DNA of 47,815 nucleotides from NCBI GenBank assembly GCA_030018475.1, contig JASEFT010000002.1, positions 26,037 through 73,851 of the forward strand. Reading direction: 5' to 3'. Of the stretch, positions 1 through 7,794 are shown piece by piece. The notes beneath the pieces are model-generated. The model was given only the letters and a program-made list of their open reading frames with translations, was not told where the DNA came from and searched no databases. Source of the stretch: Thermoplasmatota archaeon. Lineage in GTDB: Archaea; Thermoplasmatota; JASEFT01. Position 1 is the stretch's first letter. Each line of letters begins with the position of its first letter. The translations under genes and the position numbers were made by a program.

Positions 1-352
1 CGGAGCCTTTCACAGAGATCACATAGCCTGCTTGCTCTAGCTGTTTTAAAACATGTCTTATAATAGCTCTGCTGCCTTTTCTAGCTCTATCAGGCTTAGA
101 GCCTCTATCTCTGGGGCCCCCGAAGAGAGCTGCAAGTCTCTCTACTCCAATGGAATGATGAATGTATATTTTCCTAAGAACTGCACTTGCTCTAATATAC
201 CACCAATCTAGCTGGGAAGGCGCTTTCTCACAATGCACGCCTGTCTTCATAAACCTTAACTTCTCAGGCATTTTTATATGGGCACTCTGTTTTAATTTGT
301 CAGCTAGTTTTTTTAGTAGCATATCTGGAGGCACGTCGTATACTGTAGTCAT
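1..352 (-). CDS. rps19e: 30S ribosomal protein S19e, 3' end lies outside window (N-terminal ~117 aa present)
   Basis: Manual minus-strand translation from ATG at 352..350 gives MTTVYDVPPDMLLKKLADKLKQSAHIKMPEKLRFMKTGVHCEKAPSQLDWWYIRASAVLRKIYIHHSIGVERLAALFGGPRDRGSKPDRARKGS... This matches the archaeal eS19 signature (TGVHxER..P..DWWY.R.AS.LRK.Y, G.ERL...GG). It is absent from the ORF track because it runs off the window edge. Confidence 0.75.
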   Translation of the reverse strand, partial: MTTVYDVPPDMLLKKLADKLKQSAHIKMPEKLRFMKTGVHCEKAPSQLDWWYIRASAVLRKIYIHHSIGVERLAALFGGPRDRGSKPDRARKGSRAIIRHVLKQLEQAGYVISVKGS

Positions 353-398
353 TACAGATGTAAAATAAGTAAGGGATACTTAAACTTAACGAAGATGC

Positions 399-531
399 GG
401 GAGTCCGGATTCCCACAAGCCCTAGCGTTCGCGGAAAGAGAAAAAGAAAGGGCTGATTTGAACCGGAGAACTCCTACGAGACAAGGTTCTGAGCCTTGCG
501 CCTTTTCCAAGCTTGGCTACTCCCGCAGAAG
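399..531. other. GC-rich ~130-nt patch bounded by 8-bp inverted repeat GCGGGAGT...ACTCCCGC; candidate structured ncRNA or 5' leader
   Basis: Local GC content is well above the surrounding ~35%. The terminal 8-bp perfect complement is at 399-406 and 523-530. An internal AAGG-TTCTGAG-CCTT T-arm-like hairpin is present. No clean tRNA cloverleaf could be fitted by hand. Confidence 0.2.
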
Positions 532-631
532 GAGAATATATCTTTGTGCTAATTTTATTTTCGGCAGAAAAAACAGCCCCTCAGCTCTAAATATATATAA
601 TTCAAAGCTTATTACCTATTGGTGGATCAAT

Positions 632-1165
632 ATGGAGAAGCGAAAGAAAGAAGAGGAAAAGCCTAAATTAGAGTTGGGCTTGGATTTAGGTGGTATTTTC
701 AAAGGTATAGGCGAGCTCGTAGAGCTTGCATCAAAGCTAGCTGAGGAAGGTCAGGCAGAGATAAAAAGGACTGGCGAAATTACTTTCGATAAAGCAAAAA
801 AGCTCAGAGGAATGTACGGCTTTTCAGTGAGAGTTGGTAGAGGTGGAAAACCGATAATAGATAAGTTCGGCACCTTAGCGCCGGAAGCAAGACCCAAAGA
901 GCTAAAGCCTGAGGTAAGCGAAGTCAGAGAGCCTTTGGTAGACGTGTTTGAAGAAAAAGAAGAAATTATAATAGTTGCGGAGCTACCAGGGGTTGAGGAG
1001 AAGGACATAAAAACAGAACTAAAAGAGGATATTTTGATAATTTCTGGTGAAACGAAAGATAGAAAATACTTGAAGGAAGTAGCGCTTCCGGCAAAGGTTA
1101 CAGGCGCACTAGAAAAGAGTTATAGGAATGGTGTGCTAGAGCTTAAGCTCAAGAAACAGAAATAA
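632..1165 (+). CDS. Hsp20/alpha-crystallin-domain protein (GvpH-like small heat shock protein)
   Basis: The ORF-track frame is open from 395, but 395-631 is the GC-rich patch above. ATG at 632 (MEKRKKEEEKPKLELG) is the likely start. The C-terminal alpha-crystallin core is PLVDVFEEKEEIIIVAELPGVEEKDIKTELKEDILIISGE...YRNGVLELKLKK. Confidence 0.6.
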   Translation: MEKRKKEEEKPKLELGLDLGGIFKGIGELVELASKLAEEGQAEIKRTGEITFDKAKKLRGMYGFSVRVGRGGKPIIDKFGTLAPEARPKELKPEVSEVREPLVDVFEEKEEIIIVAELPGVEEKDIKTELKEDILIISGETKDRKYLKEVALPAKVTGALEKSYRNGVLELKLKKQK

Positions 1166-1168
1166 AAA

Positions 1169-1687
1169 ATGCATAACCGAAATTACGAAGCGCGAAAATT
1201 AGAATACGAGCGCAGGAAGAAGGCGCGCAAAGAAATACTGGAAGCTAGGAAGGCAGTTTATGAGCAAAGGAAAGTTGTAAGTAGGATAGGAGCAGTGAGA
1301 GGTATATCTATCTCACCAATAGGTAGAAGAGTAGTTGGAAGGCGTGTAGCAACTCGCATAATGCCACATGAAGTGCTAAAGCCTGAGCTTGAAGAGAGGC
1401 CGCCTTTAGTAGATGTGATCAATGAGAACAGCTATTTGAGAATCGCCGTCCAGCTCTCAGATATCGCCATACCTCACGATATCACTGTGGATGAAATTAC
1501 AGAAATCTCTTTTAAGCACGGCGTGCTCGAGATAAGGCTAAGAAAGCGGAAAGAGAAACTAACTAAAGAAGAGAAAGAAGAGCTTGCAAAGGAAGGAGGG
1601 GAGGAGATAACTGCAGAGATAAATAAAAAAGTGCTTCTAATGTTGAGAAAGCGCAAAAGAGAAGAAAAGGAAAAGTTTATGATATAG
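1169..1687 (+). CDS. Hsp20-like (alpha-crystallin domain) protein with K/E-rich N- and C-terminal extensions
   Basis: The core PLVDVINENSYLRIAVQLSDIAIPHDITVDEITEISFKHGVLEIRLRK parallels the preceding gene. It starts 4 nt after the upstream stop. Confidence 0.55.
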   Translation: MHNRNYEARKLEYERRKKARKEILEARKAVYEQRKVVSRIGAVRGISISPIGRRVVGRRVATRIMPHEVLKPELEERPPLVDVINENSYLRIAVQLSDIAIPHDITVDEITEISFKHGVLEIRLRKRKEKLTKEEKEELAKEGGEEITAEINKKVLLMLRKRKREEKEKFMI

Positions 1688-1709
1688 TTATTACAAATAT
1701 AAATATAAG

Positions 1710-2165
1710 GTGAGTCTAATGAAGGTTTGTGTTAAGCCAGGCTGTAGTTATATATTAAAAGAAAAAAGCTTGAGAAAGTATACTCAGCCTTTTAAAAAGC
1801 TTTTTTCTAAGGGATTTAGAGCTCTGTGCATTACAAACCGCAAGCCTGAGGAGCTTAAAAAGAAGTATGAACTTAGTATAGAAGTTTTCAGGCTGAACGA
1901 TAAGAACAGTAAAAAGCCAGCTGAAATAATAGATAGAATAGAAAAATTCTCACAGTCTACAAAAAAGGGCATTGTGCTTTTTGAAGGTATAGATAAAATT
2001 ATAAAAAATAACGATTTTTTAAATACTTTAACAGTTCTAGAAAGCATTAACGATACAATTATGAGCAGCAATTCCAGTCTTATTTTAGCAGTAGATACTT
2101 CCAAATTTAACAAGAAAGAGCTTGCTTTCTTGGAAAGGAACTTGGAGCCTATTCTTGCACTATAA
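1710..2165 (+). CDS. DUF835-like archaeal protein (paralog 1 of 3)
   Basis: Shares the pattern ...SY(I/L)IKEKK...(F/Y)..L...G(F/Y)RALC(I/V)TR...(L/I)(F/L)EG(I/L)(D/E)YLI..NDF...L....L.E.......L(I/L)L.VDP..L..KELA(F/L)LERNLE with ORFs 2172..2669 and 4809..5495. The family assignment is from memory of Pfam DUF835. Confidence 0.5.
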   Translation: MSLMKVCVKPGCSYILKEKSLRKYTQPFKKLFSKGFRALCITNRKPEELKKKYELSIEVFRLNDKNSKKPAEIIDRIEKFSQSTKKGIVLFEGIDKIIKNNDFLNTLTVLESINDTIMSSNSSLILAVDTSKFNKKELAFLERNLEPILAL

Positions 2166-2171
2166 ACTCAT

Positions 2172-2669
2172 ATGGAAAAGGATATTTTAAAAACGCTAGT
2201 AAAAGGTAACAGCTATTTAATAAAAGAGAAAAAGCCTGACAAAACATTCGAGCTTTTTAAGTTATTAATTAAAAATAAAATAGAGCCTTTCTGCATTGCC
2301 AGATTGCATCCTAAACATATCAAGTGGAAGTATAAAATAAAAGTAAAAAGTCTATGGCTTAGTAAAAAAGAATATAATTACTGCCTATCACCAACAGATT
2401 TAGGTGTGCTTGTTTCTACAGCTGAGAATTTTATTAAAAGTGCAAAAAATGGTGTGCTGTTAATTGAAGGGTTAGAATATCTCATTTTGAATAATGATTT
2501 CACCAAAGTTCTAAGAGCTGTAGCGGATCTAATTGAAAGCGTTATGGAAAGTAACTGCAGAATACTGTTGCCAATAGACCCTGACACATTAGATAGTAAA
2601 GAGCTGGCACTGCTTGAAAGAAATCTAGTGGTAATAGAAACTGAGGAAGAGGAAGAAAAGCTCCTATAA
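2172..2669 (+). CDS. DUF835-like archaeal protein (paralog 2)
   Basis: Paralog of 1710..2165, e.g. GNSYLIKEKKPDK...LLIEGLEYLILNNDFTKVLRAV...LALLERNLVVIE. Confidence 0.5.
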   Translation: MEKDILKTLVKGNSYLIKEKKPDKTFELFKLLIKNKIEPFCIARLHPKHIKWKYKIKVKSLWLSKKEYNYCLSPTDLGVLVSTAENFIKSAKNGVLLIEGLEYLILNNDFTKVLRAVADLIESVMESNCRILLPIDPDTLDSKELALLERNLVVIETEEEEEKLL

Positions 2670-3068
2670 CGAGAAGATATAGCCTTTGAAATCTATAGCG
2701 TCTTTTTTAAGTATCTCTATCTGTTTGCCGTATTCTGCTCTTTCCCTTTCACTCATATGCTTTTTGGCAATTTCTGCTACCCTCTCAATAACCTCTAACT
2801 TGGGCAGTAGTTTTTCAGCTTTCTCTACAGGCAGCTTGTGCTTTATAGCCAAGTCGCCCGCGACAGCTACTCTTAACCCCACGCTCTCCAAATACAGCAG
2901 AGCGTTTATTCTTATCAAGTCTTTTAGAGCTATCAGAATATCTTTCAAAAGCTCAGTTTCGTTACTCGACAATTTTTCATCACCGGAATAAAGAATACTT
3001 ATAAGAGCTGATAGATTTTGCTGTCCTAAAATTATAAATAGCGGTAAAGCTATGCTGTGAAAAAGCAT
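2664..3068 (-). CDS. hypothetical protein
   Basis: 134-aa ORF with no recognised motif. Its stop overlaps the convergent gene by a few nt. Confidence 0.35.
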   Translation of the reverse strand: MLFHSIALPLFIILGQQNLSALISILYSGDEKLSSNETELLKDILIALKDLIRINALLYLESVGLRVAVAGDLAIKHKLPVEKAEKLLPKLEVIERVAEIAKKHMSERERAEYGKQIEILKKDAIDFKGYIFSL

Positions 3069-3297
3069 GAGTGTGACAAAAGAGTTAAAGCAGAGCTTAG
3101 AATCTGTTGTACTAGAAATTTTAGAAACTCAGTCAATGTGCGGATATGACATTATAAAAGTACTGTTTCAGCGCTACGGGCTTTTTATATCTCCAGGCAG
3201 AATCTATCCTCTACTGAGCTATCTAGAAGGGCTAGGCATCTTGAAATCAGAGATTGGTGGCAGAAGATCTAAAGTTTATTATTTAGCTAGAAAATAA
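3067..3297 (+). CDS. PadR-family winged-helix transcription regulator (small)
   Basis: LESVVLEILETQSMCGYDIIKVLFQRYGLFISPGRIYPLLSYLEGLGILKSE...RRSKVYYL matches the PadR wHTH pattern (hhh.hL....hGY.I........h....G.lYP.L..LE..G.l.....). The same module is fused to KaiC-like domains at 5895 and 31746. Confidence 0.6.
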   Translation: MSVTKELKQSLESVVLEILETQSMCGYDIIKVLFQRYGLFISPGRIYPLLSYLEGLGILKSEIGGRRSKVYYLARK

Positions 3298-3298
3298 A

Positions 3299-3952
3299 TC
3301 AAATCAATGTTTTAGCTATCACTTTCATTATTTCTACTATCAGTACTTTAAGCCGCTCATCTTCTAAATATTCAATTTCAAAATCCTTGGGCAATTCCTG
3401 CTCAACACGATGCACTGCGCCTATAAAAAGAATTCCCAACTCATTTTCAGCTAAAGTTTTAATTATATTTCTAGCTATATACTTATCTCTTTCCTTCAGT
3501 AATAAATCTTTTCTCTTTTTATAAGCAAGTCTTGCTTCTAAAGCTTCTCGAGCGCTCTTTGCCAAAAGAATCGCTTTTATATATTTATACTCCTCTTTTA
3601 AAAGCTCAAAACTTTCAGTTTTCATAATTCTAGCGCCTCGATCGATGAGCTTTAGCAAAATTTGATGGTTTTTACTGCCTTTGCTCGCTATCTCTTCTAT
3701 CGTTTTCACACCAATAGCGCCATTAATTACCTGACCATCTTGATAGAGTTTCACTTTGCTAATATCAATATCTTTAGTTTTTTCTAAAACTAATTTCTCA
3801 ACTAAATTCCAAAATTCAAGTAAGTTCTTTTTATGCCTGCTCCATGTCTCTACTCCGACAAGCCTTTCAGACACCTTCTCTAACATCTCTCTCACAGTGC
3901 CCATCTCCGCAGCAGTATGAAAAATAGGAATTATCAGAAGTTTTCTAGCCAT
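3299..3952 (-). CDS. hypothetical protein
   Basis: 217-aa ORF, K/E-rich, no recognised motif. Confidence 0.4.
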   Translation of the reverse strand: MARKLLIIPIFHTAAEMGTVREMLEKVSERLVGVETWSRHKKNLLEFWNLVEKLVLEKTKDIDISKVKLYQDGQVINGAIGVKTIEEIASKGSKNHQILLKLIDRGARIMKTESFELLKEEYKYIKAILLAKSAREALEARLAYKKRKDLLLKERDKYIARNIIKTLAENELGILFIGAVHRVEQELPKDFEIEYLEDERLKVLIVEIMKVIAKTLI

Positions 3953-4049
3953 TTCTTGTAATGAAAAGGGTTGTAAAGACTTAAATTTCGCTCTAAAAAG
4001 CCTAAAAGAAAAGCTTTATTTCCAACGAGTAACTTTACTTATATCAAAA

Positions 4050-4736
4050 ATGCTTAGAGACGCTGTTAAAGGATTAGATAGGTTGTTTGAAAAAGATATA
4101 CCTGAGGGGTTTATAATTCTAATTACAGGCACACCTGGCACACTCAAGTCAGGTTTTGTTCATCAAGTACTTAGTAACCATTTAGCGAGAGCGAAAAAAT
4201 TCGGTGTTTACGCTACACTTGAAGAGCCTAAAGAGAGCCATTTGCGTAATATGCGCTCTTTAGGTATAAAGAAAGTTGAGGGCTTAGAAATTTTCGATTA
4301 TTCTGATATCCGCAAAGAGTGGAAAGCAGAAGAAGAAACTTTAGATATGGTGAAAATAACTGAGGATATTATTGGTTTTTATAAAGAGAAGAAAGGCGAA
4401 GATTTTACTTGCTTTGCTCTAGATTCCCTTAACGCGCTCTACTCACTTGTAAAATCAACGAACCTAAGAAGCGACAGCTATCATTTCTTTACAGCGCTAA
4501 GAGAAAGTGGACTTACTTCTTTCATCACTCTAGAACTGCCAAAAGAGCCTGGCGAATACGCTCCAGAGTATTTTTTAGTAGACGGCGTTATTGAAGTCGG
4601 TGTTATTGAGACTAGAGAAGATGTTACTAGATATGTACAGATAAAGAAGATGCGCGCTGTAAAGCATTCTATGAAGAAACATCAGTTAGTAGTTGAAGAA
4701 GATGGCTTAGCAGTTTTAGGGCCTGTTTACGAGTAG
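4050..4736 (+). CDS. KaiC/RecA-superfamily ATPase-like protein with deviant P-loop (GTPGTLKSG)
   Basis: FIILITGTPGTLKSGFVHQVL lies at the KaiC Walker-A position but reads GxxGxxKS rather than GxxxxGK[ST]. Downstream hydrophobic strands are typical of the RecA fold (CFALDSLNALY). Paralogous to the N-domains of 5895 and 31746. Confidence 0.5.
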   Translation: MLRDAVKGLDRLFEKDIPEGFIILITGTPGTLKSGFVHQVLSNHLARAKKFGVYATLEEPKESHLRNMRSLGIKKVEGLEIFDYSDIRKEWKAEEETLDMVKITEDIIGFYKEKKGEDFTCFALDSLNALYSLVKSTNLRSDSYHFFTALRESGLTSFITLELPKEPGEYAPEYFLVDGVIEVGVIETREDVTRYVQIKKMRAVKHSMKKHQLVVEEDGLAVLGPVYE

Positions 4737-4808
4737 CTGGTATATAAAGTTTTATTTATTCTTAAACGCAATTTACCTATTGATCGGAGAACGTTAGAAA
4801 AAAGACTC

Positions 4809-5495
4809 ATGGCTGAAATTTACGAAGACAAGCGCTGGGAACTGAAGCAAGGCGATAAAATATACCCTCATTTAACAACAGAAATATTGCAGAGATGGGT
4901 TGTAGAAGGAGTTGTTAGCGATGATGATCTTGTTAGAGAGGAGGGCGCACCACATTGGGAGAAGTTGAATGAGCTCAAAGAGTTCAAATTTCTGCTCTGG
5001 GCAAGAGAAAAAGAAGCTAAAGTACTGCAAAATATAGAGGAAGGTCATAGCTATATTATAAAAGAGAAAAAGCCTAGAAGAATTTTTGAAATATTGCAAA
5101 ATTTTGTATCTTTGGGCTATAGAGCGCTTTGTGTTACAAGAATCTATTATGAAGAAATCAGAGAAAAATACAAGCTTGGAAAAACAGACATTTTCTGGCT
5201 GAGTAAAGAAGAGCGCGAGAACTGTCTTAGCCCTACAGATTTGGGAAGGTTAGCGCATACAATTATAGAGTTCTTTAAACATACAAAAGATAGTATTTGT
5301 GCACTCGAAGGCTTAGAATATCTAATCACTCATAACGATTTCGAGAAGGTTTTAAGGCTTGTTGATGACCTTTCAGAGAAAACAGCTCTTAGCAAATCAA
5401 GACTTATCCTATCAGTAACTCCTGAAACGCTTGAGGAGAAACAACTTGCACTGCTAGAAAGAAATTTAGAATCTATAGAAGTAGAAGAGGAATAA
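4809..5495 (+). CDS. DUF835-like protein (paralog 3) with N-terminal GYF-like/DUF4339-like domain
   Basis: The C-terminal ~150 aa align with 1710 and 2172 (EGHSYIIKEKKPRR...ALEGLEYLITHNDFEKVLRLV...LALLERNLE). The N-terminal W...G...YP.....L..W...G.V..D.LV...G...W..L..L resembles small GYF-like domains. Confidence 0.5.
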   Translation: MAEIYEDKRWELKQGDKIYPHLTTEILQRWVVEGVVSDDDLVREEGAPHWEKLNELKEFKFLLWAREKEAKVLQNIEEGHSYIIKEKKPRRIFEILQNFVSLGYRALCVTRIYYEEIREKYKLGKTDIFWLSKEERENCLSPTDLGRLAHTIIEFFKHTKDSICALEGLEYLITHNDFEKVLRLVDDLSEKTALSKSRLILSVTPETLEEKQLALLERNLESIEVEEE

Positions 5496-5748
5496 AAACT
5501 CATCTAGAAAATAGAAAAATTTGCAATCAGATTTACCTACAATACTCAGAGAATAGAGGGATCTAAATTAACTTTAAGAGAAACTGCTGAGCTACAATAC
5601 ATCCATTCACAGATGGAAACGGAAGAATTTCGAGACTAATAATGAATATGCAAAACAAGAGATATTTAAAAGGAGTAAAGTTTCGAGCTCTGAAAGAAAT
5701 AGAGGTAATTGCTAAAACTTAGTATTTTGAAATTTAAAACAAATTTCG

Positions 5749-5763
5749 TATCGAATTTCGATA
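5749..5763. promoter_or_regulatory. 15-bp inverted repeat TATCGAA-T-TTCGATA (candidate operator, copy 1)
   Basis: Perfect 7-bp arms. Lies 130 bp upstream of the KaiC-like/PadR gene at 5895. Half-sites TATCGAA at 5874-5880 and TACCGATACCG at 5831-5843 are nearby. Confidence 0.4.
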
Positions 5764-5894
5764 TCAATCTAGAAGCACAAAATCCTTTTAGTACTACAAA
5801 ATTTTAAGTATTCCTAAGTCATTTCCGTAAGTTACCGATACCGTTTTAACGCAAATTACTAATAAAAAAATGGTATCGAAGAAGAGGGGAGAGA

Positions 5895-6911
5895 ATGAGA
5901 GAAATGGAAGAGGATCGAATCTCGTTATTGGCTGATAACAATATTTTGTTTCTCAACAAGCTTAAAAAAGGCGAAACTCTTTTGTTTCTATACGGTCAAA
6001 AAACTGAGAAGCATGAGCTTTTTAAAACATTCATAAAAAACGGCCTTGAAAATAATGAGTTCTGTCTCTATGCAAGTACAGAGAGCAACAAATGGCATCC
6101 CGAGTACTGTTTTAAAGAATGGATTGAAAAAGGTCGTCTCACTATCCTCAACCTCGAAAGAATAGGGAAAAGTGCTATGGCTGAGCTTGATAAAGAATTT
6201 AGAAATCTCTGTAGCGCAGCTATGAGTGGGAGCGAAAGCTGCAGATTACTTGCTGATTTCGCATCACTAATAAATAGGAGAAATATAGGATATGTGAAAG
6301 ACTTCGAGGAAAGCGTAATCAGAAAGTGCCAATATTCTCTTTCCACAAGATGGACTTCTACAAAATACAAATATAAAATTCCTACACGAAAGAACTTTCC
6401 GCTGAAAGCGATAACAGCTTTCATGCTAGGCTCTCTTGACGAGTACAATCTCAATCAACTTATATACCTCCATAATTATATATTAATTTCGGCTGATAAC
6501 GGCTCTATAGTGCTAACAGAAAACGCAAAATTGCCTGGCGATGAGAGCAGTATTACTGTCGTGCCTCAAGCAACTTTGGAAGAGTTTGTTAAGAACAATC
6601 TTGAAATTATTGTTTTGAGCATGCTCTCCGAGAAAGCACTCTGCGGCTACGATATTATAAAAGGAATAGCGCAAAAATATTATACTTTTTTGAGTCAAGG
6701 CACTGTTTATCCGTTACTCTATTCTTTGCAAGAGCGCGGCATTCTGAGCGTTGAGGCAAAGCAGAAATCGAAGCTTTACTCTCCAACCGAGAAGGGCATA
6801 GAAATAATAGAAAAGAAGCTTGATGATTTTATAAAAGCGCAAGAATATACGTTGGGCTCGCTAAAGCTAAAGAGGTGTGCTACTGCTGGGAGGATTACGA
6901 ATAAGCCTTAA
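5895..6911 (+). CDS. KaiC-like (P-loop-degenerate) domain fused to C-terminal PadR-type winged helix; candidate gvp regulator
   Basis: The N-domain LLFLYGQKTEKHELFKTF...CLYASTESN shows KaiC/RecA-like topology without GK[ST]. The C-terminus NLEIIVLSMLSEKALCGYDIIKGIAQKYYTFLSQGTVYPLLYSLQERGILS is a PadR wHTH. Confidence 0.55.
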   Translation: MREMEEDRISLLADNNILFLNKLKKGETLLFLYGQKTEKHELFKTFIKNGLENNEFCLYASTESNKWHPEYCFKEWIEKGRLTILNLERIGKSAMAELDKEFRNLCSAAMSGSESCRLLADFASLINRRNIGYVKDFEESVIRKCQYSLSTRWTSTKYKYKIPTRKNFPLKAITAFMLGSLDEYNLNQLIYLHNYILISADNGSIVLTENAKLPGDESSITVVPQATLEEFVKNNLEIIVLSMLSEKALCGYDIIKGIAQKYYTFLSQGTVYPLLYSLQERGILSVEAKQKSKLYSPTEKGIEIIEKKLDDFIKAQEYTLGSLKLKRCATAGRITNKP

Positions 6912-7183
6912 TCAGCAAACTTCCCGGAATTGAAATTTTTGTTAAAATCTTAGAGTAGCGATCAAAATATTTATATTTTCGAATTCCAAAACAAATTTCG
7001 AGTTTAGTTTAGATATAAATTTTAAGAAATAAGGTATATATTCTAAGATAAACTAAGGGATAATCGCACAGAAGCAAAGTTCTCTTGGAAGAGGATAAAT
7101 TTTTCGTTACGATGAAAAAACCTCTCCCCTAGCTCTCCTCTTTCAAGAGAGCTCATGCAAGTGCAGGAGGCGGAGAAGGAGAA

Positions 7184-7408
7184 ATGGTAACACAAAGCCC
7201 GGACGTATCAAGTCTAGCAGAAGTATTGGATAGAATACTAGACAAAGGCATCGTTGTAGACGCATGGGCAAGAATCAGTTTGGTAGGCATTGAGCTACTG
7301 ACGATAGAGGCAAGAGTTGTTGTAGCAAGTGTAGATACATTCTTGCACTATGCAGAAGAGATTACAAAGATAGAGCAAGCAGCTATCGGCGCACCTGCAA
7401 CTGCTTAG
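7184..7408 (+). CDS. gvpA: gas vesicle structural protein GvpA (copy 1)
   Basis: [69 protein letters not shown] is the canonical GvpA core. An SD-like AGGAGGCGGAGAAGGAGAA lies upstream. Confidence 0.95.
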   Translation: MVTQSPDVSSLAEVLDRILDKGIVVDAWARISLVGIELLTIEARVVVASVDTFLHYAEEITKIEQAAIGAPATA

Positions 7409-7423
7409 ACGAAAAAATCCTTT

Positions 7424-7446
7424 TCTCCCGATTTTTTTTAGGGAGA
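7424..7446 (+). terminator. hairpin TCTCCC-(GATTTTTTTTA)-GGGAGA with T8 tract downstream of gvpA1
   Basis: The stem is 7424-7429/7441-7446 and the T8 run is 7432-7439. Oligo-T is the usual archaeal termination signal, so this suggests a partial terminator between the two gvpA copies. Confidence 0.35.
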
Positions 7447-7537
7447 CGCAAGGGGTTTAGGTAAGTAAGAAGATAAAAATAGTTGGCAGGGTAGGAGCTA
7501 TCTGGCTCCGCCCTTTGAATGGAGGTGAAGAAGAAGA

Positions 7538-7762
7538 ATGGTAACACAATCACCAGACGTATCAAGCCTCGCAGAAGTGCTCGACAGAATACTTGACAAA
7601 GGCATCGTTGTAGACGCATGGGTAAGAATCAGCTTGGTAGGCATTGAGCTACTAACGATAGAGGCAAGAGTTGTTGTAGCAAGTGTAGATACATTCTTGC
7701 ACTATGCAGAAGAGATTACAAAGATAGAGCAAGCAGCTATCGGCGCACCTGCAACTGCTTAA
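7538..7762 (+). CDS. gvpA: gas vesicle structural protein GvpA (copy 2, A28V variant)
   Basis: The 74-aa protein is identical to copy 1 except WARISL to WVRISL. The 5' third differs at synonymous sites, while the 3' ~165 nt are nearly identical to copy 1. Confidence 0.95.
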   Translation: MVTQSPDVSSLAEVLDRILDKGIVVDAWVRISLVGIELLTIEARVVVASVDTFLHYAEEITKIEQAAIGAPATA

Positions 7763-7764
7763 AC

Positions 7765-7786
7765 CTCCTCGGAGCATAAAAGGAGG
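7765..7786 (+). promoter_or_regulatory. hairpin pairing CCTCC (7765-7769) with the Shine-Dalgarno GGAGG (7782-7786) of the downstream GvpC-like gene
   Basis: The 12-nt loop lies immediately after the gvpA2 stop. It could occlude the SD of ORF 7795. Confidence 0.3.
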
Positions 7787-7794
7787 TAGAGAAA

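Noticed and set aside
162-368. 68-aa plus-strand ORF at the left edge
   Set aside because: It lies entirely antisense to a clearly recognisable rps19e reading frame. Its product is low complexity and it has no SD.
399-531. tRNA (possibly intron-containing) in the GC-rich patch
   Set aside because: A 7-bp acceptor-like stem followed by U, and a T-arm-like hairpin, are present. No D-arm or anticodon arm could be placed consistently, and the 3' stem is not followed by a discriminator or CCA geometry. It is kept only as an unexplained element.
395-631. ORF-track extension of the Hsp20 ORF back to ATG at 395 (MRESGFPQALAFAEREKERADLNRRTP...)
   Set aside because: The extension runs through the GC-rich structured-looking patch. 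Its residues are arginine/proline-rich with no Hsp20 similarity. ATG at 632 gives a size typical of the other Hsp20 genes in the window.
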